Shown here one piece after another: positions 26,701 to 33,209 of a DNA stretch of 64,000 nucleotides (position 1 is the first letter of the stretch; every line of letters starts with the position of its first letter). The translations under genes were made by a program, and so were the position numbers. The stretch is from an uncultured virus (IMG/VR IMGVR_UViG_3300036398_003808). Taxonomy: Duplodnaviria > Heunggongvirae > Uroviricota > Caudoviricetes. The notes beneath the pieces were generated by a model. That model searched no databases and had not been told where the DNA came from. It saw only the letters and a program-made list of their open reading frames with translations. The stretch is taken from IMG/VR virus record IMGVR_UViG_3300036398_003808. The stretch is one strand, 5' to 3'.

Positions 26701-26809
26701 TGCTGCCGGCGCGGATGATGTCGCGCTGTTCCTTTTCGATGTCGTCGATGTTCATCCCCTGCAGCGCTGCGAGGATCGCTTCAGGGCCTGTGGTCGGAGG
26801 CGTGGTCAT
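23723..26809 (-). CDS. rpoC: Phage multisubunit RNA polymerase beta' catalytic fragment (split subunit), intein-containing
   Basis: VPVIPPKFRP, SKPVDTVGRGVIVPD, RSPAWHR, NADFDGD, [insert], TMSVHVP; about 386 aa once the insert is removed. Confidence 0.93.
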   Translation of the reverse strand: MTTPPTTGPEAILAALQGMNIDDIEKEQRDIIRAGSKTKRSRAVRMLNILHGLRVNELRPEHMMLTSVPVIPPKFRPFSVTGDTFLPGDSNEVYRDLLEYRRLYSDTEKAMGRDGAAEAYMDMTRAAKAAYGYGESPNPKTRAREVKGFFKMVTGTNPKTSFYASKMLSKPVDTVGRGVIVPDADLGMDDVGIPEEMAWKLYSNYVQRRLVRSGMAPAAALKHLTDRSPMARKALDYEMGTETDKEGHETPRRPVVITRSPAWHRTNVIGQRPRIVPGDAIRVNTFITEGMNADFDGDEVHNQVVTAIQRDLISSLPSYLVDRFQILGNAADMYNKLQLPYIDPTTHEVAVIDLEDFPRSEELIGEKQGTNSYIRFFKALPGTKVIAFDENTGALVWADVAGWSEHTAPPIEVVTLSNRRQTFTDDDPRAVYGMDPTTGEMGRWTPTDALEKKVAVPCGRNLRELVATLEPIAEVKMGSVQIVLDFDAGWFMGAMCGDGWWDKKDYDFYATRGWKGRRNLHLADLKEDNAKRLKSFIEQHLDSAGTLYYHRHEQNKEEGDARYGDTIRHSFNFAGSEHVAAFLQLHLGGERDEKTSGAANKRVPGFLFRAPEEFRRGFLTGMVDTDGSISVGNGGEEGKGNVFNIGSTSLRLIRELQALCMTLDVRASVTWSKETSGGNECWVLAMSTWDCKRLDLFAGLATEHKRENFLKAEVVRENTAAVFNKAVIPRNVFDVVQHDLVNPKITAEDRTTDSPELDWKKHQQNMVVQWAKGKHEGVISRPSARAVLDHLREMLAKRVAARDAALTLLRSEVVELTSANAKILRAGVYATAAPFSADNDKGSETYKLASIIKTAAHAGDALGGLRRRRLLERLEALPVYRGALDSDLLKTWVRDILDQEHITWATVVEVDKTGIRETGYDLTVPGYETFMSADGVILSNTMSVHVPTTDEAVRDVREKMMASKMLWSIKDRSKTMANPKHETLLGLNMLSPANRPQKKHKFTSDDDVMAAIERGEVDLYDDVEISPS
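23990..25915 (-). mobile_element. Intein with LAGLIDADG homing endonuclease (642 aa), atypical
   Basis: In-frame insert between NADFDGD and TMSVHVP; ends GYDLTVPGYETFMSADGVILSN|T; dodecapeptides WFMGAMCGDG and FLTGMVDTDG. Confidence 0.9.
25820..25848 (-). promoter_or_regulatory. Putative promoter inside the intein
   Basis: TTGACC-N17-AATGCT-N6-ATG (in frame, MYNKLQLP) within an AT-richer patch. Confidence 0.45.
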
Positions 26810-26816
26810 GCGCAGG

Positions 26817-26845
26817 AGCCTAGCCTGCTGTCGGCGTCGTGTCGC
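26817..26845 (-). promoter_or_regulatory. sigma70-like promoter of the RNAP gene, leaderless architecture
   Basis: GCGACA-N17-TAGGCT-N7-ATG. Confidence 0.55.
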
Positions 26846-26878
26846 GCGAAATGTCACTCACCCGTCGCGCGCCGGCCG

Positions 26879-27328
26879 TCATCGGACGTTGTTCTTCGCC
26901 GTCGCTTTCACGTCCAGGTCGATCTCGGTCCGTCCGTCCTGCAGTTCGCGACGTGTCAGTACGATGCCGCAGCCCTCCATCCAGTGGAACAGCGGCACTG
27001 CATTCGCGCGCGTGGTGATGATTTTGCTGTCGCATCCCTTCAGGAATCCACGGGACAGGAAGATCGGGCCGTCGCATTTCAGCGCCTTCAGCACAGTGGT
27101 CGACAGTTCCACCGCGGTGGCCACCTGGTCGTAGGTCAGGTGCGGCTCAGGCAGACGACGCAGCGTGGACGGCCACCAAGGCCACCGCCACCACCATCGC
27201 AGTTCGCGCACGCCGCCGTCCACTAGGACGAACGGGCGGCCCTTGCCATACATGCGCCAGACTGGGTCGCCGGCTTTGGTCCTGGCGATCATGTGCCAGC
27301 TTTCCGTAGGGTCAGGGTTGTTTTTCAT
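26879..27328 (-). CDS. Hypothetical protein
   Basis: 149 aa; start overlaps upstream stop. Confidence 0.6.
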   Translation of the reverse strand: MKNNPDPTESWHMIARTKAGDPVWRMYGKGRPFVLVDGGVRELRWWWRWPWWPSTLRRLPEPHLTYDQVATAVELSTTVLKALKCDGPIFLSRGFLKGCDSKIITTRANAVPLFHWMEGCGIVLTRRELQDGRTEIDLDVKATAKNNVR

Positions 27329-27561
27329 GCTTCGATTTTTTCGAGGAACGCGACGATGTCGTCGATGGTTTTGAAGAAACGCTCTTCGTCCTCGGATATG
27401 ATGATGTCGTATTCATCCTCGAAGGCCATGAGGACGTCCACGTCGTCGTGCTCGTCAATTCCGATGTCGGTCAGCTTGTTGACTTTCGCGACGGCGGCTT
27501 CGGACTCGCCGGTGAACTCGCTCAGGATTCTGATGGCGTCGGTGCGGTAGTTTTTTGTCAT
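27325..27561 (-). CDS. Acyl carrier protein homologue lacking the phosphopantetheine serine
   Basis: DIGIDEHDDVDVLMAFEDEYDIII..KTIDDIVAFL aligns with the AcpP [21 protein letters not shown] motif; 78 aa, acidic. Confidence 0.75.
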   Translation of the reverse strand: MTKNYRTDAIRILSEFTGESEAAVAKVNKLTDIGIDEHDDVDVLMAFEDEYDIIISEDEERFFKTIDDIVAFLEKIEA

Positions 27562-27620
27562 TGTGATGGTATTGTTGCGGCGGTCAACGCCGACAGTTTG
27601 AATTTCACCCACTCGCAGCG

Positions 27621-27860
27621 TCACCAGGTCTCCTCCCCTGTCGCGTCCGCTTCGAGGCGCGCAATCTTCGTGAGCTTGCGCAGCCTCTTGCGCTTCGCCG
27701 AGGCTTCCGGCCCCCTTTCGCAAAACCCGACGTTCAGCCCGGTGGCGATCAATTTCTGACGCAAGACGGCGTCGTTCAGATCGTCCGTAGCATGAGGCAC
27801 CCATCCCTTCGCCATTTTGCGGCCGTTCTTGTCGCGTGGAACGCTGCGTTTCGTCGTCAT
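27621..27860 (-). CDS. Basic hypothetical protein
   Basis: Start MTTKRSVP overlaps upstream stop. Confidence 0.6.
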   Translation of the reverse strand: MTTKRSVPRDKNGRKMAKGWVPHATDDLNDAVLRQKLIATGLNVGFCERGPEASAKRKRLRKLTKIARLEADATGEETW

Positions 27861-28684
27861 ACCTCCTCCCCCGGCGCCAGCACCCGCACGACCTTGAACG
27901 AGTTCACGCAGAACCCATACTCGTCGGACAGCCAGTCCGACACCGCGCTGTCGTCCGCCATCGCATCCTCCATGCCCGTCTCCACGTCCCACAGACGCAC
28001 GACGACCTGCTTGGGCGGGTCGACCACATCAACTCCATCGGGGTTCGGGTCGTCGCCATCGTTCGTCAGATCCCAGTCCACTTCGAGCAGGACGCGCGGA
28101 CTCTCATCCGGGTCCTGTACCTGGATGACCCAGTCCGGGTTCTCCGCCGGCTTCCCGGTGATGATGTAGTAGAGCCGGTTGACGAAGTGCATACCGTTCA
28201 CGATGCAGAACTCCCCGTCGTCGTCATCCATCGCCGTCCAAACACGGTTCTCTTTGACCGCTTCGTTGAGGGCGCGCAGGTCGTCCGCATCAGTCCAGTC
28301 GCGCTGTCGGACGCCGTCGCCTTCCGGGGTCTGCTCCGGGCGGTAACGCGCGATGAACTGGTCATCGGTCAGATGCAGCAGCAGCCCGTGCATCGGCTCG
28401 GCCGGCCCCAGCCTCATGCGCAGCAGTGCCAGGACGTCGTTGCCGCATGCGTCGATGAGCTGGATGTCCACGCCGAACTCCTTGTAGATGTCACGACTCG
28501 CCGTCGTGATGTCGATTGCGTCCAGCCGGAGGCTGCTCTTGATGTCGGCTGACAAGTCGATCCGATCGATGTCGTCTTTCCTCCTGATGTTCGCCGCGAC
28601 GGCGAGGATTTCGCGCAGTTTGTGCGCGCGTGGGTCGAGTGTAGTCATTGTGGTTTTGGTAGTCATTGTGGTTTTGGTGCTCAT
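27857..28684 (-). CDS. Hypothetical protein with degenerate N-terminal ACP-like domain
   Basis: KLREILA..SLRLDAIDI..IYKEFGVDI pattern; 18-bp tandem repeat (TKTTMT) at the 5' end. Confidence 0.6.
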   Translation of the reverse strand: MSTKTTMTTKTTMTTLDPRAHKLREILAVAANIRRKDDIDRIDLSADIKSSLRLDAIDITTASRDIYKEFGVDIQLIDACGNDVLALLRMRLGPAEPMHGLLLHLTDDQFIARYRPEQTPEGDGVRQRDWTDADDLRALNEAVKENRVWTAMDDDDGEFCIVNGMHFVNRLYYIITGKPAENPDWVIQVQDPDESPRVLLEVDWDLTNDGDDPNPDGVDVVDPPKQVVVRLWDVETGMEDAMADDSAVSDWLSDEYGFCVNSFKVVRVLAPGEEV

Positions 28685-28962
28685 GCTCCGTAGGGTGTGA
28701 TGGCCAGAACGCATTCACGCCCGCCGATCAGGACGGTCTCCAGTTTGCTGCCGCACATATTTTCCAGGTTCTCCAACCAGTAGTTCCAGTCGTCGTTGAC
28801 CGCTTCGTGGACAGCTCCGCGGACGGCTCCTCCTGCAACGACTTCGACAGCCTCCACGTGGAAGCTCTTCCCGGCGATGCTGATTACGCTCTTCCAGTAA
28901 TGCGGCACGCACTCCCGCATTTCGAGCTCTTCGTTCCCGATGATGATTGTGGCCGTGTTCAT
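28681..28962 (-). CDS. Hypothetical protein
   Basis: ATGA overlaps at both ends. Confidence 0.65.
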   Translation of the reverse strand: MNTATIIIGNEELEMRECVPHYWKSVISIAGKSFHVEAVEVVAGGAVRGAVHEAVNDDWNYWLENLENMCGSKLETVLIGGRECVLAITPYGA

Positions 28963-29288
28963 TCGCCGGCCTCCGACGGCTGCCCGGTGGACACCGAGGT
29001 GATGTTGCGCCACCAGCGGTCAGGCAGCGGCGAGCCCGGGGGTTGCAGCAACACTCCGGCGCTGTGCGTCGTGATTGACGCTTGGCGTTGGGCAGGCATC
29101 GGCATGCCGGCCCAACCCGCGCAGTAGTTCTGGCACGTCGGGCAGTGCAGAGCTTCAGCAGACGAGCCGTGGTCGTGAGACTCGTCGCCGTATGGTCCGC
29201 CGCCGTCTTCGTCGCTGGTTGCGGTCAGGCGCCAGCGTCCGGTGGGTTGTCCGTTCTTTGCGATCTGCAGGGGTTTGATGATAAACAT
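28959..29288 (-). CDS. Hypothetical protein (CxxCxxxC)
   Basis: Start MFIIKPLQ after AC-rich leader. Confidence 0.65.
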   Translation of the reverse strand: MFIIKPLQIAKNGQPTGRWRLTATSDEDGGGPYGDESHDHGSSAEALHCPTCQNYCAGWAGMPMPAQRQASITTHSAGVLLQPPGSPLPDRWWRNITSVSTGQPSEAGE

Positions 29289-29315
29289 GGTTTTGATTTC
29301 TGAGTGTGGTCCCGC

Positions 29316-29447
29316 CGTTGAAGTGTGGGAGTGAGTCGCCCCGCCCCTCCCATGAAATGGGCGACTGCGGCGCACGCCTTTCCACCAAGATTTTGTCTTG
29401 AGCGTTCGCCGGCGTGAATGCCGGGCAACTCACTCCACACTTCAACG
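29316..29447 (-). ncRNA. Putative structured RNA element
   Basis: 25-bp closing stem with one bulge and one G-U pair, enclosing three hairpins; fills an intergenic gap. Confidence 0.55.
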
Positions 29448-29648
29448 TCGCACGAAGTCGCAGTCCTTCAACGCGAATTGTTTCATCTGACCGTCCTCGG
29501 TGTCCACGGCTTCGAGCAGCCACTGGTCCTCCGGGTGCCACTCTGTGCGGCCCCAAAAGATGCGCACCGGACGGATTTCCCGGCATCGCTCGACGCCGCG
29601 CCAGTTTCGGTAGCACACCGGCAGTGTGGCCGGCTCACCAGTCTCCAT
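29442..29648 (-). CDS. Small WYL-like domain protein
   Basis: YRNWRG..REIRP..WHPEDQWLLEAVD..KQFAL pattern. Confidence 0.6.
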   Translation of the reverse strand: METGEPATLPVCYRNWRGVERCREIRPVRIFWGRTEWHPEDQWLLEAVDTEDGQMKQFALKDCDFVRR

Positions 29649-29799
29649 CGGGATACTCCTGCCGGGCACTTGCCCAGCGCGCGCGCTCCTCGAATGTGGT
29701 CTCTCGTTTGTGCTCGCTCAGTGCGCCGTTCGGGTTCGCCAGCCAGCTGCGCAGAGCTTCCCTCTCTGCACAATCCAACTTCACGATGTGCTCGTTCAT
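29635..29799 (-). CDS. Hypothetical protein
   Basis: MNEHIVKL start overlaps upstream stop. Confidence 0.5.
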   Translation of the reverse strand: MNEHIVKLDCAEREALRSWLANPNGALSEHKRETTFEERARWASARQEYPDGDW

Positions 29800-30386
29800 G
29801 CCTTCACCTCCGCCAGCTCGTTCATGATCAGCAGCTGCCCGTGGTGCTCGTAGGGCGTCCACTGGCAGCCCTCCGGCAGCTTGCCGGCCAGCGTCGTCAT
29901 CGCCCCATACCACGTCTCGCCGATGTCCGTGTGCGCCCGCAGCGCCCGGTAGAACGTCGGCAGGCCGGCGCGGTAGCCACGCCACACCCTGGTCGGATGC
30001 CAGAAGCCGGCGCTGCCGCGTCGCAGGATGGGCCCCAGCGCCGCCAGCAGCTCCTCGTGCGTCAGGTCGTTGCCCTCGTTGTCGTCGCCCCAGATGAACA
30101 GCCGCTCCGGGTAGAACGCGGATGACTCGTTGTCGCCACTGATCAGTGGTCGCCCGTTGCGCATCCCTTCCGAGAGGAACGCGTAGTGATGCTCCTTGGC
30201 GTCGTCGTCGACCCGCCACCCGTAGGGCGTGGCGATGCCGGCCGCGATGCGATCGGGCCTGCCCTTGATGGGGAACACGTGGTCGCCCTGTGACGTAGTC
30301 ACTCCCTTGGGCGGCATGTCCGTCGACAGGTTGTACATGGACTGCATGAAGCCCCACATGGCTCCGCTGAGCTGAATTACTTTCAT
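29796..30386 (-). CDS. Hypothetical protein
   Basis: 196 aa; ATGA overlaps at both ends. Confidence 0.7.
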   Translation of the reverse strand: MKVIQLSGAMWGFMQSMYNLSTDMPPKGVTTSQGDHVFPIKGRPDRIAAGIATPYGWRVDDDAKEHHYAFLSEGMRNGRPLISGDNESSAFYPERLFIWGDDNEGNDLTHEELLAALGPILRRGSAGFWHPTRVWRGYRAGLPTFYRALRAHTDIGETWYGAMTTLAGKLPEGCQWTPYEHHGQLLIMNELAEVKA

Positions 30387-31279
30387 TGCTGTGTTGGGTT
30401 GTCGAGTTCGCGTTCACGTTTGCGCAAGATCTTCCGCAACTTGAGAGACGCTTCGTTTTGGATCTGCCTGATGCGCTCCCGTGTGAGGCCAACCTTTGTC
30501 CCGACCTCATCGAGCGAGAATCCATCAGCGCGCATCCGTATTATGAGACGTGCGCGCGCGTCGAGTTCGGACAGGCTCTCCTCCAGCAATTCCAGCGCTA
30601 CAGGCTCCCGATACTCCTCCGCTGCTACGTCTCTGGCGGCACGCAGCGGGCGGGCGAATGTGAGCGGTCCTTCCGGGAGTTCGCCTGACACGATGCGGGT
30701 ATGAGTTCTGATGCGTTCCTGAGCGCGGTCTGGAGTCAGTCGTCCATCGGGACAGCATTCGCGACAGATGAACATACCAACACGCTGGCTCTTTCCGCGG
30801 CTATGGCCCTTGCTGCGGGGTCCGTGGATGATGACTCCGTTCTTGACCGGCACTCCAGTCGCGCGCACCTCGCAGTAAGCGCACTTGAGACCCCTATTTG
30901 CTGGAGGCCTGCCTTCAGCGATGGGCTTTTCGCGGCGTTTTGCGGCTGCAGCCAGGCCGCTCTCGGACTGGTTGTATCGACGCGTGTACTCGGGGTTTCG
31001 TTTACCGTTGATCCTAGAAGGTATGCCGTATTTCAACGGTTGGCGCATTCTCGCATTTGGATGCTTCTTGCGGTAATACCAGCGCTGATATGCGGGATTC
31101 TGCTTACCGTCGACCAGGCAGGGAGGAGCACCTTCGGCGCGTGGCTTGCGAGGTTTGACTCCGAGGACATTACGAGCATACCAGACATGGTAGGCTGGAT
31201 TCCCGCGCCCATCTGGAAGCTTGCTTTTCGGTTTCTCGTTGGCTGCGTTCGTGCTCATGTCTGACGTTGATGCGATCAT
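30383..31279 (-). CDS. Protein with C-terminal sigma70 region-4 HTH, Zn finger and N-terminal repeats
   Basis: FSLDEVGTKVGLTRERIRQIQNEASLKLR; CAYC..CRECC; three (D/N)GxxNPxY repeats. Confidence 0.75.
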   Translation of the reverse strand: MIASTSDMSTNAANEKPKSKLPDGRGNPAYHVWYARNVLGVKPRKPRAEGAPPCLVDGKQNPAYQRWYYRKKHPNARMRQPLKYGIPSRINGKRNPEYTRRYNQSESGLAAAAKRREKPIAEGRPPANRGLKCAYCEVRATGVPVKNGVIIHGPRSKGHSRGKSQRVGMFICRECCPDGRLTPDRAQERIRTHTRIVSGELPEGPLTFARPLRAARDVAAEEYREPVALELLEESLSELDARARLIIRMRADGFSLDEVGTKVGLTRERIRQIQNEASLKLRKILRKRERELDNPTQQ

Positions 31280-31311
31280 TTGAGTTCGCGTTTGTTGATT
31301 CTCCTCGCTGC

Positions 31312-31806
31312 TTACTCCGTGGCCGTGCCGTCAGCGATGCGCTGCAGCCGTCGGCTCATCAGGACGATCAGTTGGTCGAACCCGCGGCACACGTCCGTCG
31401 CCTTCCGCTTGTGAAACGGGTTGCGCGCCTCCGGATCCTCGCAGAAGTCCGCCCGGATGATGGTCTCCCTGTCGTAAGCAGGGCCAATGTCCATGTGCCA
31501 GCTCACCACGAACGTGTCCGGCTGGCAGGACTTCCCGTCGAAGTCGAGCGTCGCGGACAAGCCTGTCGGGCCGGTGATGCGGATCTCCGCGCGTCGGTTC
31601 AGCTCGCGCTCAATCGTGAACGGCACCTTCAGCGCGTCGCACATCCTGATCATGAGCGCGAGCATCTTCGCGCGATCAGCTTTGCGGCGCTCCGACATCT
31701 CCCAGTAGGGGTTCAACACCTCGCAGTGCTTGCAGGCAGCGCCGCCTGGTTTTTCGGTCAAGAAGCCCTCGCAGGTCGGGCACGGGATGATGGGGTCAGT
31801 ATTCAT
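31312..31806 (-). CDS. Hypothetical protein with N-terminal Zn ribbon
   Basis: CPTC..CKHC. Confidence 0.65.
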   Translation of the reverse strand: MNTDPIIPCPTCEGFLTEKPGGAACKHCEVLNPYWEMSERRKADRAKMLALMIRMCDALKVPFTIERELNRRAEIRITGPTGLSATLDFDGKSCQPDTFVVSWHMDIGPAYDRETIIRADFCEDPEARNPFHKRKATDVCRGFDQLIVLMSRRLQRIADGTATE

Positions 31807-32032
31807 GGTTGAGATGGGCGTCCTCGCGGTCGCCGTCGATGTAATCCCGGCACGTCGGGCATGTGACCTCGGTGCGCAGGTTGGTCCAGAGCAGGTTCCA
31901 CGTGCGGTTGTTGCACAGCGGTCGCCCGCCTTTCCTAGGGTCGTGTTGATCGACGCCGATGCGCAGATGCACGACCTCCTGCTCTTTCCCGTTGGGGAAC
32001 GGTCCGTCTGGGTTTCCGCGACTTGTAATCAT
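31796..32032 (-). CDS. Hypothetical protein
   Basis: H..C..CPTC; start overlaps upstream stop. Confidence 0.55.
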   Translation of the reverse strand: MITSRGNPDGPFPNGKEQEVVHLRIGVDQHDPRKGGRPLCNNRTWNLLWTNLRTEVTCPTCRDYIDGDREDAHLNHEY

Positions 32033-32277
32033 AGGATTGGTCTGAATGAGATTTCGCCATCTACGAACTCGAACGCTTCCGCGGTCCACGCGAACGACAC
32101 GTAGCCCACCGGATAGAGGGCCGTCGCGCTTTGAATGACGATCCCCTCGATGAAGCGGTTTTCAGGGCGTCCGGCTGGGATGCCCATGATGACGATCGGA
32201 TCCATGGTGCCATGCAGAAAGCTCGCCCACAGCGCTCCATCCCTATCGCGCCAATTCGCGTATTCCTGATCGGTCAT
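32029..32277 (-). CDS. Hypothetical protein
   Basis: Overlapping start/stop chain. Confidence 0.6.
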   Translation of the reverse strand: MTDQEYANWRDRDGALWASFLHGTMDPIVIMGIPAGRPENRFIEGIVIQSATALYPVGYVSFAWTAEAFEFVDGEISFRPIL

Positions 32278-32516
32278 ACCGCCTCCTCCTCTTTCTGGAT
32301 GCGCAGCCGCCCGAGGATGTCCTCGGCGGTCCAGCCGTTCGTCAGCAGGTATTCCACCTGCGCCGGCTGGCCGTTGTTGTTGACGGCGGACGCCTGCTCC
32401 GAGGCGCAGTCATGTATCAGCGCGTCCAGCGATTCGCCGGGATGCTGGGCATTGACGACCTCCAGCAGGGCGCTGACCCGCTCGGCAGCGCGCTTCGCTA
32501 CGTCAGGGTCCTTCAC
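32274..32516 (-). CDS. Hypothetical protein
   Basis: GTG start overlaps upstream TGA. Confidence 0.6.
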   Translation of the reverse strand: MKDPDVAKRAAERVSALLEVVNAQHPGESLDALIHDCASEQASAVNNNGQPAQVEYLLTNGWTAEDILGRLRIQKEEEAV

Positions 32517-33199
32517 GCTTGTGCCTCCCCGTCGGTGGTGGAAGACCGACTGCGCCGCCGGTCGGCGTATGGATGATCGCGCCACCAGTTGCGCTCTCGC
32601 AATACCGCGTCCAGCGCGGCACTCATCTCCGCGAGTTCCCGCTTCGCCGCGTCGCGCTCGATGCGCATCGCGCTCTCCGCGATCCTGAATTTGTCGCACG
32701 CACTGCCAAGGACGACGAGTTCGGCGCGGGCTGCGTCCCGCTCGGCGGCTAAGCCACCCAGCTGCTTCCACAGCCAGCCGGGGACAGGGTCAACTGAAGG
32801 CGACGAGCTCGGCTTGCTGCTGACTCTGTCGAGGTCGGCTTTGAATGCGTCGCGCTCCTTCCTCAGTTCGTCGGCCGCGGCCATGAGCATACCCAGCGCG
32901 ACATTATTTTTGCGCTGGTTTTCCTCGAGGTCGATACGCCTGGACGTTTCCAACGCGCGCTGCTGTGTGTCTTGCGCTTCCTTGCACGCCGCGACGAAGG
33001 CGTCCAGATACGCCTGGTCTCTCTGTATGCTCTCCGCGGTCTCTTCCTGCACCTCCGGAGTATCGCCGGCGTCGGGCTTCAGGCTCGTATACCTTGCGAA
33101 GATTTCCGAAGCCCACTCGACGAACTCGCGCAGTGCCTGTGGCGTTACGAATCGGGTGCTCTCTTCTGGTGTGCCCGTGAGGGCTATATTTTCATTCAT
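32513..33199 (-). CDS. Coiled-coil hypothetical protein
   Basis: Start MNENIAL; ERDA heptads. Confidence 0.7.
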   Translation of the reverse strand: MNENIALTGTPEESTRFVTPQALREFVEWASEIFARYTSLKPDAGDTPEVQEETAESIQRDQAYLDAFVAACKEAQDTQQRALETSRRIDLEENQRKNNVALGMLMAAADELRKERDAFKADLDRVSSKPSSSPSVDPVPGWLWKQLGGLAAERDAARAELVVLGSACDKFRIAESAMRIERDAAKRELAEMSAALDAVLRERNWWRDHPYADRRRSRSSTTDGEAQA

Positions 33200-33209
33200 T
33201 GGAGTTTTT

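Noticed and set aside
29316..29447. tRNA or intrinsic terminator
   Set aside because: No T-loop or D-loop consensus, no 7-bp acceptor stem with CCA, and no U-tract
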